NCBI GenBank assembly: GCA_041675085.1
Contig: JBAYUN010000002.1
Span: forward strand, 79,967-143,966
Source: Minisyncoccota bacterium
GTDB taxonomy: Bacteria; Patescibacteriota; Minisyncoccia; Phycocordibacterales; UBA9973
Direction of reading: 5' to 3'
DNA: 64,000 bases
Part shown: one piece after another, positions 20,260 through 30,572 of the stretch
Position numbering within the stretch: position 1 is the stretch's first letter
How the letters are laid out: each line of letters opens with the position of its first letter
Translations under genes and position numbers: made by a program
The notes under the pieces: model-generated
What the model was told of the DNA's origin: nothing
Database searches by the model: none
What the model saw: the letters and a program-made list of their open reading frames with translations, nothing else

Positions 20260-20694
20260 ATGAGATTTTCAAATATAATATTAAATAAAGCAATAAAATC
20301 ATCAGCAGATTCAAACTTAGCATGGAAGAAAGAAGATATCTTTTCAGCGATTGATGAAGTGACAGCGAATGGCTATGCAATACTTGGTGGTGATGTTTGG
20401 GCAATCATAAAAAAAAGTAGTAGTGAACTTGTGCTGACAGATGTAGATCCTGAAAATATTGCAGTTGGTATAATAAAAGGAAAAGATGGTAAAGATGACG
20501 TGTTTAACTGGTATTCAGACAAGAAAGAAGTGGAATCATGGGAGGAATATGTAAATCGCTCAAAACAAGAAACCATAGAAGCAATTGAATCGATGAAAGC
20601 AGAAGAATCTGTTTCTAAAGAATTTCAAGACGCTATTTATTACAATTTAGTTTTTGCCAACAAGACTGAATATAATAATTTGCATAAAAAGTAG
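20260..20694 (+). CDS. Orphan Imm40-like immunity protein
   Basis: AILGGDVW, NWY, ESWEEYVNRS pattern recalled from the Imm40 family. Confidence 0.6.
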   Translation: MRFSNIILNKAIKSSADSNLAWKKEDIFSAIDEVTANGYAILGGDVWAIIKKSSSELVLTDVDPENIAVGIIKGKDGKDDVFNWYSDKKEVESWEEYVNRSKQETIEAIESMKAEESVSKEFQDAIYYNLVFANKTEYNNLHKK

Positions 20695-20872
20695 ATTGCA
20701 ATCCATACACCTACTTCAAACGTTAGACATACCAAAAAGCTATTTTATCGAAAAGTACTAGCCGTAGTATCGCAGAATCTCACCATCCTTGTATTAAAAA
20801 TTTAATATCAAATTGACCTTTGTATTACATGAGTCATGTGACCCAATTATTTAAATAAGTTATAATTCAATC

Positions 20873-21394
20873 ATGAAAACATTTATCTACGGAGTGCCAG
20901 GAGTCGGCAAAACTACATATAGTATAAATCTTCAAAAACAAAACAGTTTTCCTGTCGTCGAAGGAGATGTTCTTAGAGGGCTTGCTCAGCAAGGTAAAAC
21001 TAAAGAAGAAGCACCTTTTGCTTATATGGGGATCAGTGGTGCGTTTCGAAAATTTGGTGAACTGACAGAAGAAAATGTGATAAAAGGATTGAAGGCTGTA
21101 AGAAATAATATGGTCCAGCACATAAACGAAGAAATAGAAAAATATCCAAATGAGCTAATATTAGAGTGCGCCTTTTTAAACCCAGAACAAGTAATTGGTA
21201 AAGGTAAAATATTTTTATTAATTAAAACAGATGAGGAAAGTCACAGAAAACAGTTCTTTGCCCATCGAGAAGAGAATGAAAAGAGTTTAGAACATTTTAA
21301 AGCATCTCGAATGATTCAAGATTATTTAATCGAAGAAGCCAAAAATTTCCCAATCAAAATTATTGAAAATAATTTTGATTTTCAAACAATGTAG
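20873..21394 (+). CDS. P-loop kinase-like protein
   Basis: N-terminal GVPGVGKT. Confidence 0.75.
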   Translation: MKTFIYGVPGVGKTTYSINLQKQNSFPVVEGDVLRGLAQQGKTKEEAPFAYMGISGAFRKFGELTEENVIKGLKAVRNNMVQHINEEIEKYPNELILECAFLNPEQVIGKGKIFLLIKTDEESHRKQFFAHREENEKSLEHFKASRMIQDYLIEEAKNFPIKIIENNFDFQTM

Positions 21395-21448
21395 GGAATA
21401 TTTATACTACTTACCAAACTGAATATCGAATATGCTATAATTATAAAT

Positions 21449-21811
21449 ATGGAAGAACTAAAAAATACAATTCACGAACTAGAAACCTCACTTTTAAAAC
21501 CAGAAGTTAGGTCTTCTTTTGATAAATTAAACTTGCTACTTGCTGATGATTTTAAAGAGTTTGGAAGCTCTGGGTTAATTTATGATAAAAAACATATACT
21601 TGAAAGACTTCCCTCAAATACAAATAATGTTGTTTATATTGTTAGTGATTTTGAAATCAAAATTTTATCAGCAGATATTATCATGACAAATTTTAAAACA
21701 GACAGAACTATTAATGATACGGAAAAAGTATCTTCATTAAGAACATCTTTATGGAGAAAAGAAGAAAATGGTTGGAGAATGTTTTTTCATCAAGGAACAC
21801 AAACTCAGTAA
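21449..21811 (+). CDS. NTF2-like DUF4440 protein
   Basis: LLADDFKEFGSSG, WRMFFHQGT. Confidence 0.85.
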   Translation: MEELKNTIHELETSLLKPEVRSSFDKLNLLLADDFKEFGSSGLIYDKKHILERLPSNTNNVVYIVSDFEIKILSADIIMTNFKTDRTINDTEKVSSLRTSLWRKEENGWRMFFHQGTQTQ

Positions 21812-21906
21812 TTATATTATGTTTTATGTTAAAACATAACGCTTTAGGTAACAATTACAAATCAAAAAAACACATTAATAAAATAATGTGTTTTTTATTG
21901 ATTAAA

Positions 21907-22653
21907 TTATTTACCCTCAACAAAAACAATCATCGCGTCATGCATAAACTTGGCGAGACCTTTTTTGTAATTTTCGAAATACTGAGTAAACCTAGTATCA
22001 CTTATATACATCTCCGCCAAACCTCTATACATTTCTGGATTCGGTGTATAAAAATTTGATAAATGTTTATAGTGGATAGCAATCACCTCTTGGACTTCTT
22101 TATCTCTCACATCTCTATCGATCAACAGAGAGGCTTTTCTAGCAATCTCATCACCTTCTTTTTTAATTTGATCCATCCCCTCTTTTGTCATACTTCGCAT
22201 TTTTTGCTCAGACTCTTTATATGCAGATGTATGACCCCAACGCTCTTTGGCTTCATTCGCCAATTCTTCCATTTCTTTTTTTGTAAATGAATCGTACAAT
22301 TCTTCATCTTTCATATATTTTTTCTTTGTTACTTTATTAATTGTTTTATCTATCGTCTTAATCAAAGAATCAAGCCTTTTTCTTTTTAAGAGAATCATTT
22401 GTTTATGATCTTTTAAAGCACTCGAAATATCAAAGTCCTCCCTCTCGAGAATATTCTTGATATCGTCCAATGCAAAATCCAATTCTCGAAAAAACAAAAT
22501 CTGTTGTAATTTCAAAAGATCTTTTTCTTCATAAATTCTATATTTATTTTTTTGATTTCTTTTAGATACAAGTAGCCCAAACTTATCATAATGATGCAAA
22601 GTTCGGACACTAATATTAGCTATTTTGGCAAGTTGATTTATTGTATAAGGCAT
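21907..22653 (-). CDS. MerR family regulator with TipAS domain (Mta/TipA-like)
   Basis: SVRTLHHYD, YRIY, EAKERWG, LAEMYISDTRF. Confidence 0.92.
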   Translation of the reverse strand: MPYTINQLAKIANISVRTLHHYDKFGLLVSKRNQKNKYRIYEEKDLLKLQQILFFRELDFALDDIKNILEREDFDISSALKDHKQMILLKRKRLDSLIKTIDKTINKVTKKKYMKDEELYDSFTKKEMEELANEAKERWGHTSAYKESEQKMRSMTKEGMDQIKKEGDEIARKASLLIDRDVRDKEVQEVIAIHYKHLSNFYTPNPEMYRGLAEMYISDTRFTQYFENYKKGLAKFMHDAMIVFVEGK

Positions 22654-22696
22654 AGTTTTTCAAAATCTATATGATGCCGACCATCATCACAACAGT

Positions 22697-22727
22697 ATCA
22701 TAAACTATGACGCAACGTCAAAGTCAA
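22697..22727 (-). promoter_or_regulatory. MerR-type promoter, 19-bp spacer with dyad operator
   Basis: TTGACT-19-TATGAT containing palindrome TGACGTTGCGTCA (22708-22720). Confidence 0.85.
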
Positions 22728-22797
22728 GCTTTATTAAAATAGCCAAATAAATTTTATTTATTTGGCTATTTTAATTCTTATTTTAAATTGTTAACTT

Positions 22798-23253
22798 TTA
22801 TCCCCTCTCCGCAATCTCCTTCAATTTCTCTAAAGCTTTAGGCCAAGTTTCCATGAACATGTCATAATACTCATCAGTTGCATCCATATCCAAAGTAAAC
22901 AAAGTTCCGCCGTCTTTCTCTTCAAAAGAATAATTCTCATGACTCGGAGTCCATTTCTTCACCTCTTCGCTTGTCGTATCTTCTACCCCGTTATTTATCA
23001 CGCCGTTATGTTTGATAGAGATATATTTGTGTGGGATATTCTCGGCTATTTCGCTGACCATACCGCCTTCTTCTCCAGTCTCAGGATTTGGACCCAAGAA
23101 AAGGATTTTAGACCCCTTACTCCAATCCCCCTTAAAATAAGATCCCGGGCAAAAAGCCGATGTCCATTCTCTATAACTCTCATCATTGATAACAGTATTC
23201 CAAACCTTCTCCACTGGAGCATTGATATATGTACTCAAATTTATTTTTTTCAT
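22798..23253 (-). CDS. SRPBCC/AHSA1 domain protein
   Basis: INAPVEKVW, YREWT, WPKALEKLK. Confidence 0.88.
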   Translation of the reverse strand: MKKINLSTYINAPVEKVWNTVINDESYREWTSAFCPGSYFKGDWSKGSKILFLGPNPETGEEGGMVSEIAENIPHKYISIKHNGVINNGVEDTTSEEVKKWTPSHENYSFEEKDGGTLFTLDMDATDEYYDMFMETWPKALEKLKEIAERG

Positions 23254-23566
23254 CCTGTAGTGAATTTTTAATTTGTTAAATTTTTCGACTTGTATAAATA
23301 ATCTTTTATCCTTCTTTTAATTAACCTGTTTCCTTGTGTAGTTTTTAAGTACTTCTCTCGTCTCTTTGCGTCACTCTCTTCTGTGCATGCTTCATAATAT
23401 ATTATATCCCACGGTATGTATCTTTTAGTAGAAAAATTTAACCCTTGATTATGTTCTAATATTCTCTTCCTTAGATCAATAGTATAACCTATATAAAGTT
23501 CTTTATTTTTATTACTTTGTAGTATATATACGTAGAACATAATCGAATTAAAAATCTACTACGGGA
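23253..23566 (-). mobile_element. Miniature TIR-bounded element carrying only a GIY-YIG gene
   Basis: 21-nt terminal inverted repeats (18/21 match) and flanking direct repeat TTCA(T). Confidence 0.75.
23268..23540 (-). CDS. Small GIY-YIG nuclease (UPF0213/YhbQ-like)
   Basis: FYVYIL...LYIG, R..EHN, A..RE..LK. Confidence 0.92.
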   Translation of the reverse strand: MFYVYILQSNKNKELYIGYTIDLRKRILEHNQGLNFSTKRYIPWDIIYYEACTEESDAKRREKYLKTTQGNRLIKRRIKDYLYKSKNLTN

Positions 23567-23661
23567 TTCATATTTTTATTATAGCTAATTCAATATACAA
23601 AAAACAACAAAATTTTCTGTTTCTGCTATAATAAAATCATTAACAATAACTATCTAATTTT

Positions 23662-24054
23662 ATGGAAAAACACACAGAAGAATTTATATTACGTTCAGAT
23701 TCAAAAGCTCTAGCTACCTATGGAGCCAAAGGTATTAACGTTATCCCAGTCTCCTCTCTCAAAATTGTCGATGGAGAAATATGGCTTATCAATTACTTCA
23801 TGGATAAAACTTTAGAAAATATTTTAGAGAACAAAGAAGTAGGGCTCGTTTGTTGGTCAAAAATGTTTGGTTATCAGATTAAGGGTGAAGCTTCTTATCT
23901 CGAAGAAGGAGAGAAATTTATACAAGCTAAAGATTGGATCAAAGAAATACTCCCAGAGAGAATAGTCAAAGGATTAATAATTATTAAACCTAAAGAAATA
24001 TTCGATATCGCTCCTACAAAAAATACTAATGAATTTGATTTTAATAGAAGATAA
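23662..24054 (+). CDS. Pyridoxamine 5'-phosphate oxidase-like FMN-binding split barrel
   Basis: LAT, NVIPV, FMDKTLENI, GYQIKG. Confidence 0.8.
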   Translation: MEKHTEEFILRSDSKALATYGAKGINVIPVSSLKIVDGEIWLINYFMDKTLENILENKEVGLVCWSKMFGYQIKGEASYLEEGEKFIQAKDWIKEILPERIVKGLIIIKPKEIFDIAPTKNTNEFDFNRR

Positions 24055-24059
24055 TATTT

Positions 24060-25697
24060 CTATTTCCAAACATCTTCATCTTTAAAATCCAAAAACTTTA
24101 ATATCTCTCTTGTGTTCTTGAATACTTTGCCTTTTTCTATTAATTGATTAAAGGTCTCCCCTTTTTTGAGCTCGTTCTCTACAGGTTGAGTCACACTCGA
24201 GACATATACTTTGATCCCATTCTTTTGTAGATTTTGAACAATATGATCAAAAGCATAAACACCTTCAAGGTCGATAAAAGCCAATTCTCTCATACGTAAA
24301 ATAATAGTCTTGAACATATCAGAATGACCTTCGAGTCTCTCGGTATGAGCTTCGATATTCATATAAGCGAATTCACCTTTCATAGAGTAGACTAAGACTT
24401 CGCATTTCTCTTTAAAGCATTCAGACTCCTCTTCATAATACCTATGCATGATTTTCTTGTCTTCACTGTTAGTAGTCATCTCAAATTGGCCTTTCGATAA
24501 TTTCTCAACAAAGAAAAGCAAAGCTAAAATAGAACCGATAAGAAGCCCGACTACAGTATCCACAGCGATCATCACAAAAGCAGTAAAGATAGCTAGCCAA
24601 AAGTCTTTGCGAGCTTTATGCCAAAGTATAACAAAGCTCTTGATCTCTATCATACGAATAGAAGCAAAGACTAAGATAGAAGCGATCACAGCCATAGGCA
24701 AATAAGCAAAATAATTAAAAAAGAAAATACAAATAAAAGCGACAGCAATAGCATTGATAGTCGCTGAGATTTTATGAGTAGCGCCCGCTTTGACGTTGAG
24801 ACTAGTACGGACGAATACTCCCGTCGCCGGCAATCCCCCGAAAAGCCCAGACCCGATATTGGCGAGTGATAGTCCGAGCATTTCTTTTCTTGCTTTAAAT
24901 TTTGTATTGGTCATATTGTCGGCTATCTTGGCAGAAATCAAAGTCTCAAGAATAGCGATAAAAGCAACACCAAGAGCTGGAGTCAAAAGAGATAAATCAA
25001 AACTAAAACTTGGTAATGAAAAAAGATTGATAGATACGTCGCTAAATCTATCCTGCAAAGTATCAACTCCAGAAAAAAGTCCCCTAGTCTTTATCAAATA
25101 GCCTAGCATGATACCTAAAGGTGTCACAGCGATAATAGCCGGTACTTTAGGCAACAATCTAACCAAGACAAATAAAGCTATTAAGAAAAATAAAAAGATA
25201 GAAAAAGTAGGTAGATGAATTTCTGAAATATGACTAAAAGTCGCCAAAACTCCAGAAATAAATTCTGAATGCTTTGGTAAATCTTTTAAACCAAAAGCAA
25301 AGTTCAATTGGCCTAGACCGATCATAAAAGCAACACCCAAAGAAAAACCATGCATCACTGTAGCAGGCACCAAGACTAAATACCTTTCGAGTTTGAGAAT
25401 ATAAGATATCAAAATAAAAATACCTGAGAAAATAGCTAGCATAGGCATCATCTCCATACCATGACTAATGCTAAACGCCATCAATAGCCCAGTCAGAGCT
25501 CCCGCTGGACCGACGATATTAAAATTGCTTCCTCCAAAGATTGAAGCAAAGAGACCTGCCCAGACCGCCGTAATAATACCCATACTAGGGCTAGCTCCTG
25601 AGGCTACCGCCAGAGATACGGACAAAGGCACAGAGATAAGAGCTACAGTCAAACCAGACTTCCAATTTGCAAAAATACGTTCTTTAATAAGTTTCAT
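24060..25697 (-). CDS. SulP family anion transporter with STAS domain
   Basis: SGLTVALISVP, GPAG, GGLPATG, C-terminal FIDLEG. Confidence 0.93.
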   Translation of the reverse strand: MKLIKERIFANWKSGLTVALISVPLSVSLAVASGASPSMGIITAVWAGLFASIFGGSNFNIVGPAGALTGLLMAFSISHGMEMMPMLAIFSGIFILISYILKLERYLVLVPATVMHGFSLGVAFMIGLGQLNFAFGLKDLPKHSEFISGVLATFSHISEIHLPTFSIFLFFLIALFVLVRLLPKVPAIIAVTPLGIMLGYLIKTRGLFSGVDTLQDRFSDVSINLFSLPSFSFDLSLLTPALGVAFIAILETLISAKIADNMTNTKFKARKEMLGLSLANIGSGLFGGLPATGVFVRTSLNVKAGATHKISATINAIAVAFICIFFFNYFAYLPMAVIASILVFASIRMIEIKSFVILWHKARKDFWLAIFTAFVMIAVDTVVGLLIGSILALLFFVEKLSKGQFEMTTNSEDKKIMHRYYEEESECFKEKCEVLVYSMKGEFAYMNIEAHTERLEGHSDMFKTIILRMRELAFIDLEGVYAFDHIVQNLQKNGIKVYVSSVTQPVENELKKGETFNQLIEKGKVFKNTREILKFLDFKDEDVWK

Positions 25698-25833
25698 AAT
25701 TTATTTTTTTTAATTATTTATAGACAATAAACAATCTTACTCCTATTAAAATTTAAGGCAAGTCCTAGCTGTGAATACAAAAAACTCTAGACTTTAAGCC
25801 TAGAGTTTTTTGTTTGTAATATTTTAGAAATAT

Positions 25834-26844
25834 TTAGTAAAGATAATTTCTTGTATTTCTACCTACGATACCGTCAGGGAAAAGTCCGTTTGCTCTTTGC
25901 AATAATACAACTGCGTTTCTAGTACTTACATCAAAGTAAGAACTAGTACTAGTGTTATATAGATAACCCTTGTTCATAAGGTATGATTGCAAACAAGATA
26001 CATCAGCTCCAGACATTCCGTATTTCAAAGTACGAGAAATATAACAAGTACCAGATGTAGATGCACCTAAAACAGATCCAGAACTGATAATGTTATTACC
26101 ATTTACAGTTATGTTTATAGTATTACAGTTATTTGAAGTGTTTGAGTAATTGTTGTAATAATTATTTTGACAAATAGTAATCACAGAAGTACCAGTAGTA
26201 AGACCAGTGATAGTCACAGAACCGTTATTGGTATTGTAATTTGTATTTGTATAATAATTTGATCCATAGTAACAAGGTTGACCTGTTAGAGGATTGTATT
26301 GATCGTACTGACCACATCCAGTATTGATAGTATTAGATGACAAGATAGCATTAGCTACGTTTGGATTTGAATTACTTGAGACATATACCCCACTCGCACC
26401 GTTTGCCATACTGATAGTAGCAGAACCAAAAACAGGAATAGACAAACTTGAAATAGTGAAATTATTATTTGCAACAACATTATTATTGTTGTTGTTATTG
26501 TTTTGATAATACGTATTTGGCCAAATTGCAGAATTTGATTGTTGATTGTTTACAATCACATAAACTGAATTACCTTGTACAATATTGTAGTTTGTAGTAC
26601 TCAAAGTAGTATAAAAATAACCTACGTTATTAGTAGTACCCAAGTACACATTTTGCAAACCATAATTTGAACTATAGTATAGGTTCACAGAAGAATTCGC
26701 ATCCCCATATACTGTTAGGGTTACGTTGTTAGTATTTATCAATGACAAAGACAAAGTCGGAGTCATAGCCAAAACACTAGAAGATATCCCAAAAAACGCT
26801 GATAAAATAAGACCTAAAACAAACAATTTATTATAAATTTTCAT
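25834..26844 (-). CDS. Secreted Asn/Ser/Thr-rich protein with C-terminal peptidoglycan-binding domain
   Basis: Signal peptide, VLGAST, LKYGMSG.DV..LQ, DGIVG..TR. Confidence 0.8.
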   Translation of the reverse strand: MKIYNKLFVLGLILSAFFGISSSVLAMTPTLSLSLINTNNVTLTVYGDANSSVNLYYSSNYGLQNVYLGTTNNVGYFYTTLSTTNYNIVQGNSVYVIVNNQQSNSAIWPNTYYQNNNNNNNNVVANNNFTISSLSIPVFGSATISMANGASGVYVSSNSNPNVANAILSSNTINTGCGQYDQYNPLTGQPCYYGSNYYTNTNYNTNNGSVTITGLTTGTSVITICQNNYYNNYSNTSNNCNTINITVNGNNIISSGSVLGASTSGTCYISRTLKYGMSGADVSCLQSYLMNKGYLYNTSTSSYFDVSTRNAVVLLQRANGLFPDGIVGRNTRNYLY

Positions 26845-26889
26845 AAATTTTAATGATTAATACTGATAATACTACCTATATTATGCATA

Positions 26890-27288
26890 TTACTCTTTTT
26901 TTGCGATTTGGCTAGTATATTTCTGAATAAAGAAAAATCTACCCATAAAGAGAAGCATCACTGCAAAAACCAAAAGAACTAATTCTAGAGAAGAATCTTC
27001 GAACAAAAGTATCTTGCGAGCAATCACGAAAACCAAAAGTTCGATAACAGTATTCATATTATATGATATCAATAGTCGAGCGAGCTCCACCCCAACAGCA
27101 AGATGCAAGATGAATTCCATGAATTCTATGAAAGTAGCCATTTGAGTCCAGTCACTACTAAAAAATATCGGCACTTGGTAAACAAAAGTTGCCAAAACTC
27201 CTAAGATCACAACACCAGCCAAAAAAAGCTCAATAGCGTGAAGGAAAGATTTTTGTTTTTCTAAATGAATATTCACTAGATTTCTCAT
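26890..27288 (-). CDS. PsiE-family membrane protein
   Basis: Four TM helices, VELARLL, VIARK. Confidence 0.7.
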   Translation of the reverse strand: MRNLVNIHLEKQKSFLHAIELFLAGVVILGVLATFVYQVPIFFSSDWTQMATFIEFMEFILHLAVGVELARLLISYNMNTVIELLVFVIARKILLFEDSSLELVLLVFAVMLLFMGRFFFIQKYTSQIAKKE

Positions 27289-27331
27289 TACTATAATAAT
27301 AACACAAAATCTATTTTTTTACAAATAAAGT

Positions 27332-28798
27332 TTAATTCAATTCAAACTTCACAACACACTGATCAGCACGCACTCTAGGAAAATTTAATCTACTCCAATC
27401 AGAATCACCACCTTTTAAGCTAACCCCATTTATACCTAACAATGAAGCCTTGTAAGTGGCGAGCCTACTTTTGTTACCATGCCGACAGACAAATATCACA
27501 TTTGTATTTTTGGTTAAATGTTTTTTATTTTTTTTAAAAAAATCATCTAAGTTATGGAATGGCACATGAACAGATTGAGGAATATGGTGATCTTGATACT
27601 CCCCTTCATCCCGCAAATCTACAACAATCACATCTTTTTTAATTTCTATTTTTTCTTTATTTTTTATTTTAATCCAAATTTTTTCAATAGTATCAGAAAA
27701 AATAACCTTGAAAATTTCTTTAGAATCTAGTTCTTTAACTAAAAGTCTAGTAAATAAAGGTTCAAAGAATCTATGTTTATCATTTAGTAAATTTTCATTT
27801 TCAATTTTTGGGAACAAAGAAGGCTCAATAGCTTCAAAATATTCATCAATATATGGAAACGGTCCATCAGGACAAACAAAAACAGCTATTTTTTCTTTTC
27901 CATCAAAACTCTGTTTTGAAAGGTATTTTAACAACCCTGCAAACGCAAAACCAGAACTAGGTCCTGCTAAAATTCCATGCCTGCAAAGATTCATAGACAT
28001 AGAATAAGATTCATTTGTACCAACTTCTTCCCTAGGGCCAACAACAGACTTCCAGTCAAAAGATATTTCTCTTAAAAGAGTATTCGTTCTTACTCCTGGT
28101 ACGGGATTATTAACAATTCTAGAAACACCTAGTACCTCAATATTTTTATTTTGTTCTTTCAAGAACTTACCAATACCTGAGGCAGAACCAGTGGTACCCA
28201 GACCAACAGATACAATAGACACTTTCCCTTTTGACTGCTCCCAGATTTGTGGACCAGTCCATTTGTAGTGAGCTTCTGGATTTGCTTGATTGTCATATTG
28301 ACCAGGATTAAACCAATCATTTTTCACAGAATCAATCTTTGCCTTATATATACCGCTTGTAGGATCAGTAGGGTCTGGACAAATTGGTTCTTTGTTTACA
28401 ATAATTTGCACACCAAACAATCTAAGAATATTAAGCTTCCCACGACTAACTTCATGTGAAACTATTGCCTTAATGTTTTTAACACCCATCAATCGAGCTA
28501 TTACAGCAAGAGAAAACACTGTATTACCTGATGAATTTTCTATAACAGTATCTGGTATCTCCCCTTCTTTTTTTTTCTGTAAAAGCATATTGTAGGCTGG
28601 AAGAGATTTTGTATTAGCTAAGGGTAAAGCATTCATTAGTTTTGCAAAAATTCTTACACCTTTGCCTCGATATGGATTTAAAATATCAGGAATTTCAACT
28701 AAAGGTGTATAAGGGGCATTATCTGGATTAAGATAATCTAGTACAGAATTAGAGCCCTCAAAAGTATTTAAATAAAAATTATTATTCACTTTTTTCAT
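27332..28798 (-). CDS. Cysteine synthase-like PLP enzyme fused to rhodanese
   Basis: TPLV, ENSSGNT, QYDN..NP.AH, GLGTTG, GPSSG; C-terminal VDLR, HIP, CRHG. Confidence 0.85.
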   Translation of the reverse strand: MKKVNNNFYLNTFEGSNSVLDYLNPDNAPYTPLVEIPDILNPYRGKGVRIFAKLMNALPLANTKSLPAYNMLLQKKKEGEIPDTVIENSSGNTVFSLAVIARLMGVKNIKAIVSHEVSRGKLNILRLFGVQIIVNKEPICPDPTDPTSGIYKAKIDSVKNDWFNPGQYDNQANPEAHYKWTGPQIWEQSKGKVSIVSVGLGTTGSASGIGKFLKEQNKNIEVLGVSRIVNNPVPGVRTNTLLREISFDWKSVVGPREEVGTNESYSMSMNLCRHGILAGPSSGFAFAGLLKYLSKQSFDGKEKIAVFVCPDGPFPYIDEYFEAIEPSLFPKIENENLLNDKHRFFEPLFTRLLVKELDSKEIFKVIFSDTIEKIWIKIKNKEKIEIKKDVIVVDLRDEGEYQDHHIPQSVHVPFHNLDDFFKKNKKHLTKNTNVIFVCRHGNKSRLATYKASLLGINGVSLKGGDSDWSRLNFPRVRADQCVVKFELN

Positions 28799-29750
28799 CT
28801 ATAAAAATAAAATCAGGGTCAATTTGATTTTCAAGGTCGCCAAAGCGATCTTTTATAAAACTCTGTGCAACATATTTTTTATGTAGGTCCCAAATCTTAT
28901 TAAGTCGTTGATTTCTATTATCTGGCAATACCATGATTGTATTAAAAATTTTACTTAAAAGCTCCTGATTACTATTATTTAGTTTAACCACAGAAAGCTT
29001 ATCTCCATTTTGATCAATGTCTCTAATATGTTGATCTTCGTAAAAATAGCCGATAATTTTTTCTACAGGGACATGTGTCTCTATAAATTCTTTATCATTT
29101 TCATTTCTAATTTTATTACCAATAACTTTTACCGTGTCACCAATACCTGCTTCTATGGCTAAATTCATATATTTTTTATAGACTTCTACGCTTCTCATTG
29201 TAGGTTCCACAACGAGACAAGTTAGATCGAATTGTGCGTGCAATGTACCAGCAAATGAATCTACCCCAGCCACCATATCTGTTATTAAAAATCCATTTAT
29301 ATCATCAGTATGAGATAAAATATTCTCTAAAACAGAAAGATTGTTGTGATAGCAACTTGACCCGATGTCCTCCTCTTGATATGTACCAACAGCAAAAACA
29401 GAGAGATTCCCTCTATGAAATCCAAACTCTCCTATCGGGGTTTCTTTAATAGACTCAAGTTTAATAATGTTTGATTTTCTTGTAGGAGGTGTGGATTTAC
29501 GAAAAGCCCCAAGATTAGGTATATCATTTTGTCCTATCAACCATCTCTTAATAACACCTGAAGTCCTATCTCCTGAAAGATGCTTTTCCGTAGGGATAGA
29601 ATCAAAACCAAGCAACTCTGGAATATGAATGTTAAGATCAGCATCAAAAACTAAAACAGGAAGATTGTTTTTTGTTACTACATATGAAGCAAAGGAAGAA
29701 GAAAGTGTACTTTTCCCTGAACCACCCTTACCAACAAAAGATATTCTCAT
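28782..29750 (-). CDS. CooC/MinD-type P-loop ATPase
   Basis: GKGGSGKST, DAD, DMVAG, GNK; CYH at the CooC CxC position. Confidence 0.8.
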   Translation of the reverse strand: MRISFVGKGGSGKSTLSSSFASYVVTKNNLPVLVFDADLNIHIPELLGFDSIPTEKHLSGDRTSGVIKRWLIGQNDIPNLGAFRKSTPPTRKSNIIKLESIKETPIGEFGFHRGNLSVFAVGTYQEEDIGSSCYHNNLSVLENILSHTDDINGFLITDMVAGVDSFAGTLHAQFDLTCLVVEPTMRSVEVYKKYMNLAIEAGIGDTVKVIGNKIRNENDKEFIETHVPVEKIIGYFYEDQHIRDIDQNGDKLSVVKLNNSNQELLSKIFNTIMVLPDNRNQRLNKIWDLHKKYVAQSFIKDRFGDLENQIDPDFIFIDEKSE

Positions 29751-29819
29751 AAATTAATTTAAATTATTTTTATAATAAACTAAAATACATAGGTTGCCCT
29801 ATGATTTTAGCTATATGTG

Positions 29820-29886
29820 TATTGCAAATTAGTTGCAATAAATCCATTGTAACAGATTAAAACACAAATGCAAGTAATTTGCATTT
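29820..29886. promoter_or_regulatory. Two dyad operators, probable Zur/Fur boxes
   Basis: TATTGCAAATTAGTTGCAATA (29820-29840) and AAATGCAAGTAATTTGCATTT (29866-29886), both TGCAA-n5-TTGCA, between divergent genes near a Fur-family gene. Confidence 0.65.
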
Positions 29887-29949
29887 AGTTTATCAACATG
29901 CTAGATTTAATTTGATATATTTGTTTTTTGAATTCAAAATCTTACAAAA

Positions 29950-30525
29950 ATGAAACATAAATTGTTTTCTATATTTTTAGTTATTTATTTTTTAGTTATA
30001 TTCATGCATGCAAAAGAAGAAGACGCCTTCACTTCCCTCTTCCTTTATTTAGGCATAGCTTTATCAATATTTGCTCATGCCAAAAGAAACTGGATAACTA
30101 TCCTACTTCTTTTCTTGCACATGGCGATAGAGTGGTACGTTTGGGGCGATACATTTACTTGGGAAATTAAAAATAACTCATTTATGATAGTGCATGTCAT
30201 TATGGATTTTATATTTCTGTCTCATGAAATAAAAGTTCACATTAAAAAGAATTATTCTATGATAATGTTTGGAATTATTTTTGCTTTAATATTTTTATTC
30301 TCTTACAGTAGAGTCGAGAAAATTAAACAAGAAAAAATAGAAAATCAAAAACCAAAAGTTTTTGGACAAATCTATATAAAACAACATCAAGAAAATCATG
30401 ACACACATTCGCACGAACATGAGAATAGTTTAATACTACACCTCTTTGCTTTAGGTGGAGTGTTGGGTTGTGTAGGAAGTCATGCTTTCTATCACCTATT
30501 TAAAGAAAAACCGGACAAAAATTGA
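29950..30525 (+). CDS. His-rich membrane protein, possible metal uptake
   Basis: Several TM helices with intramembrane His, HQENHDTHSHEHE loop. Confidence 0.6.
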   Translation: MKHKLFSIFLVIYFLVIFMHAKEEDAFTSLFLYLGIALSIFAHAKRNWITILLLFLHMAIEWYVWGDTFTWEIKNNSFMIVHVIMDFIFLSHEIKVHIKKNYSMIMFGIIFALIFLFSYSRVEKIKQEKIENQKPKVFGQIYIKQHQENHDTHSHEHENSLILHLFALGGVLGCVGSHAFYHLFKEKPDKN

Positions 30526-30572
30526 TCCGGTTTTTATTTTACTTTTCAAAATAAAAAGCATATATTAAAACT

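Noticed and set aside
25834-26844. Asn-rich trinucleotide-like runs as a DNA repeat element
   Set aside because: Explained by low-complexity protein sequence.
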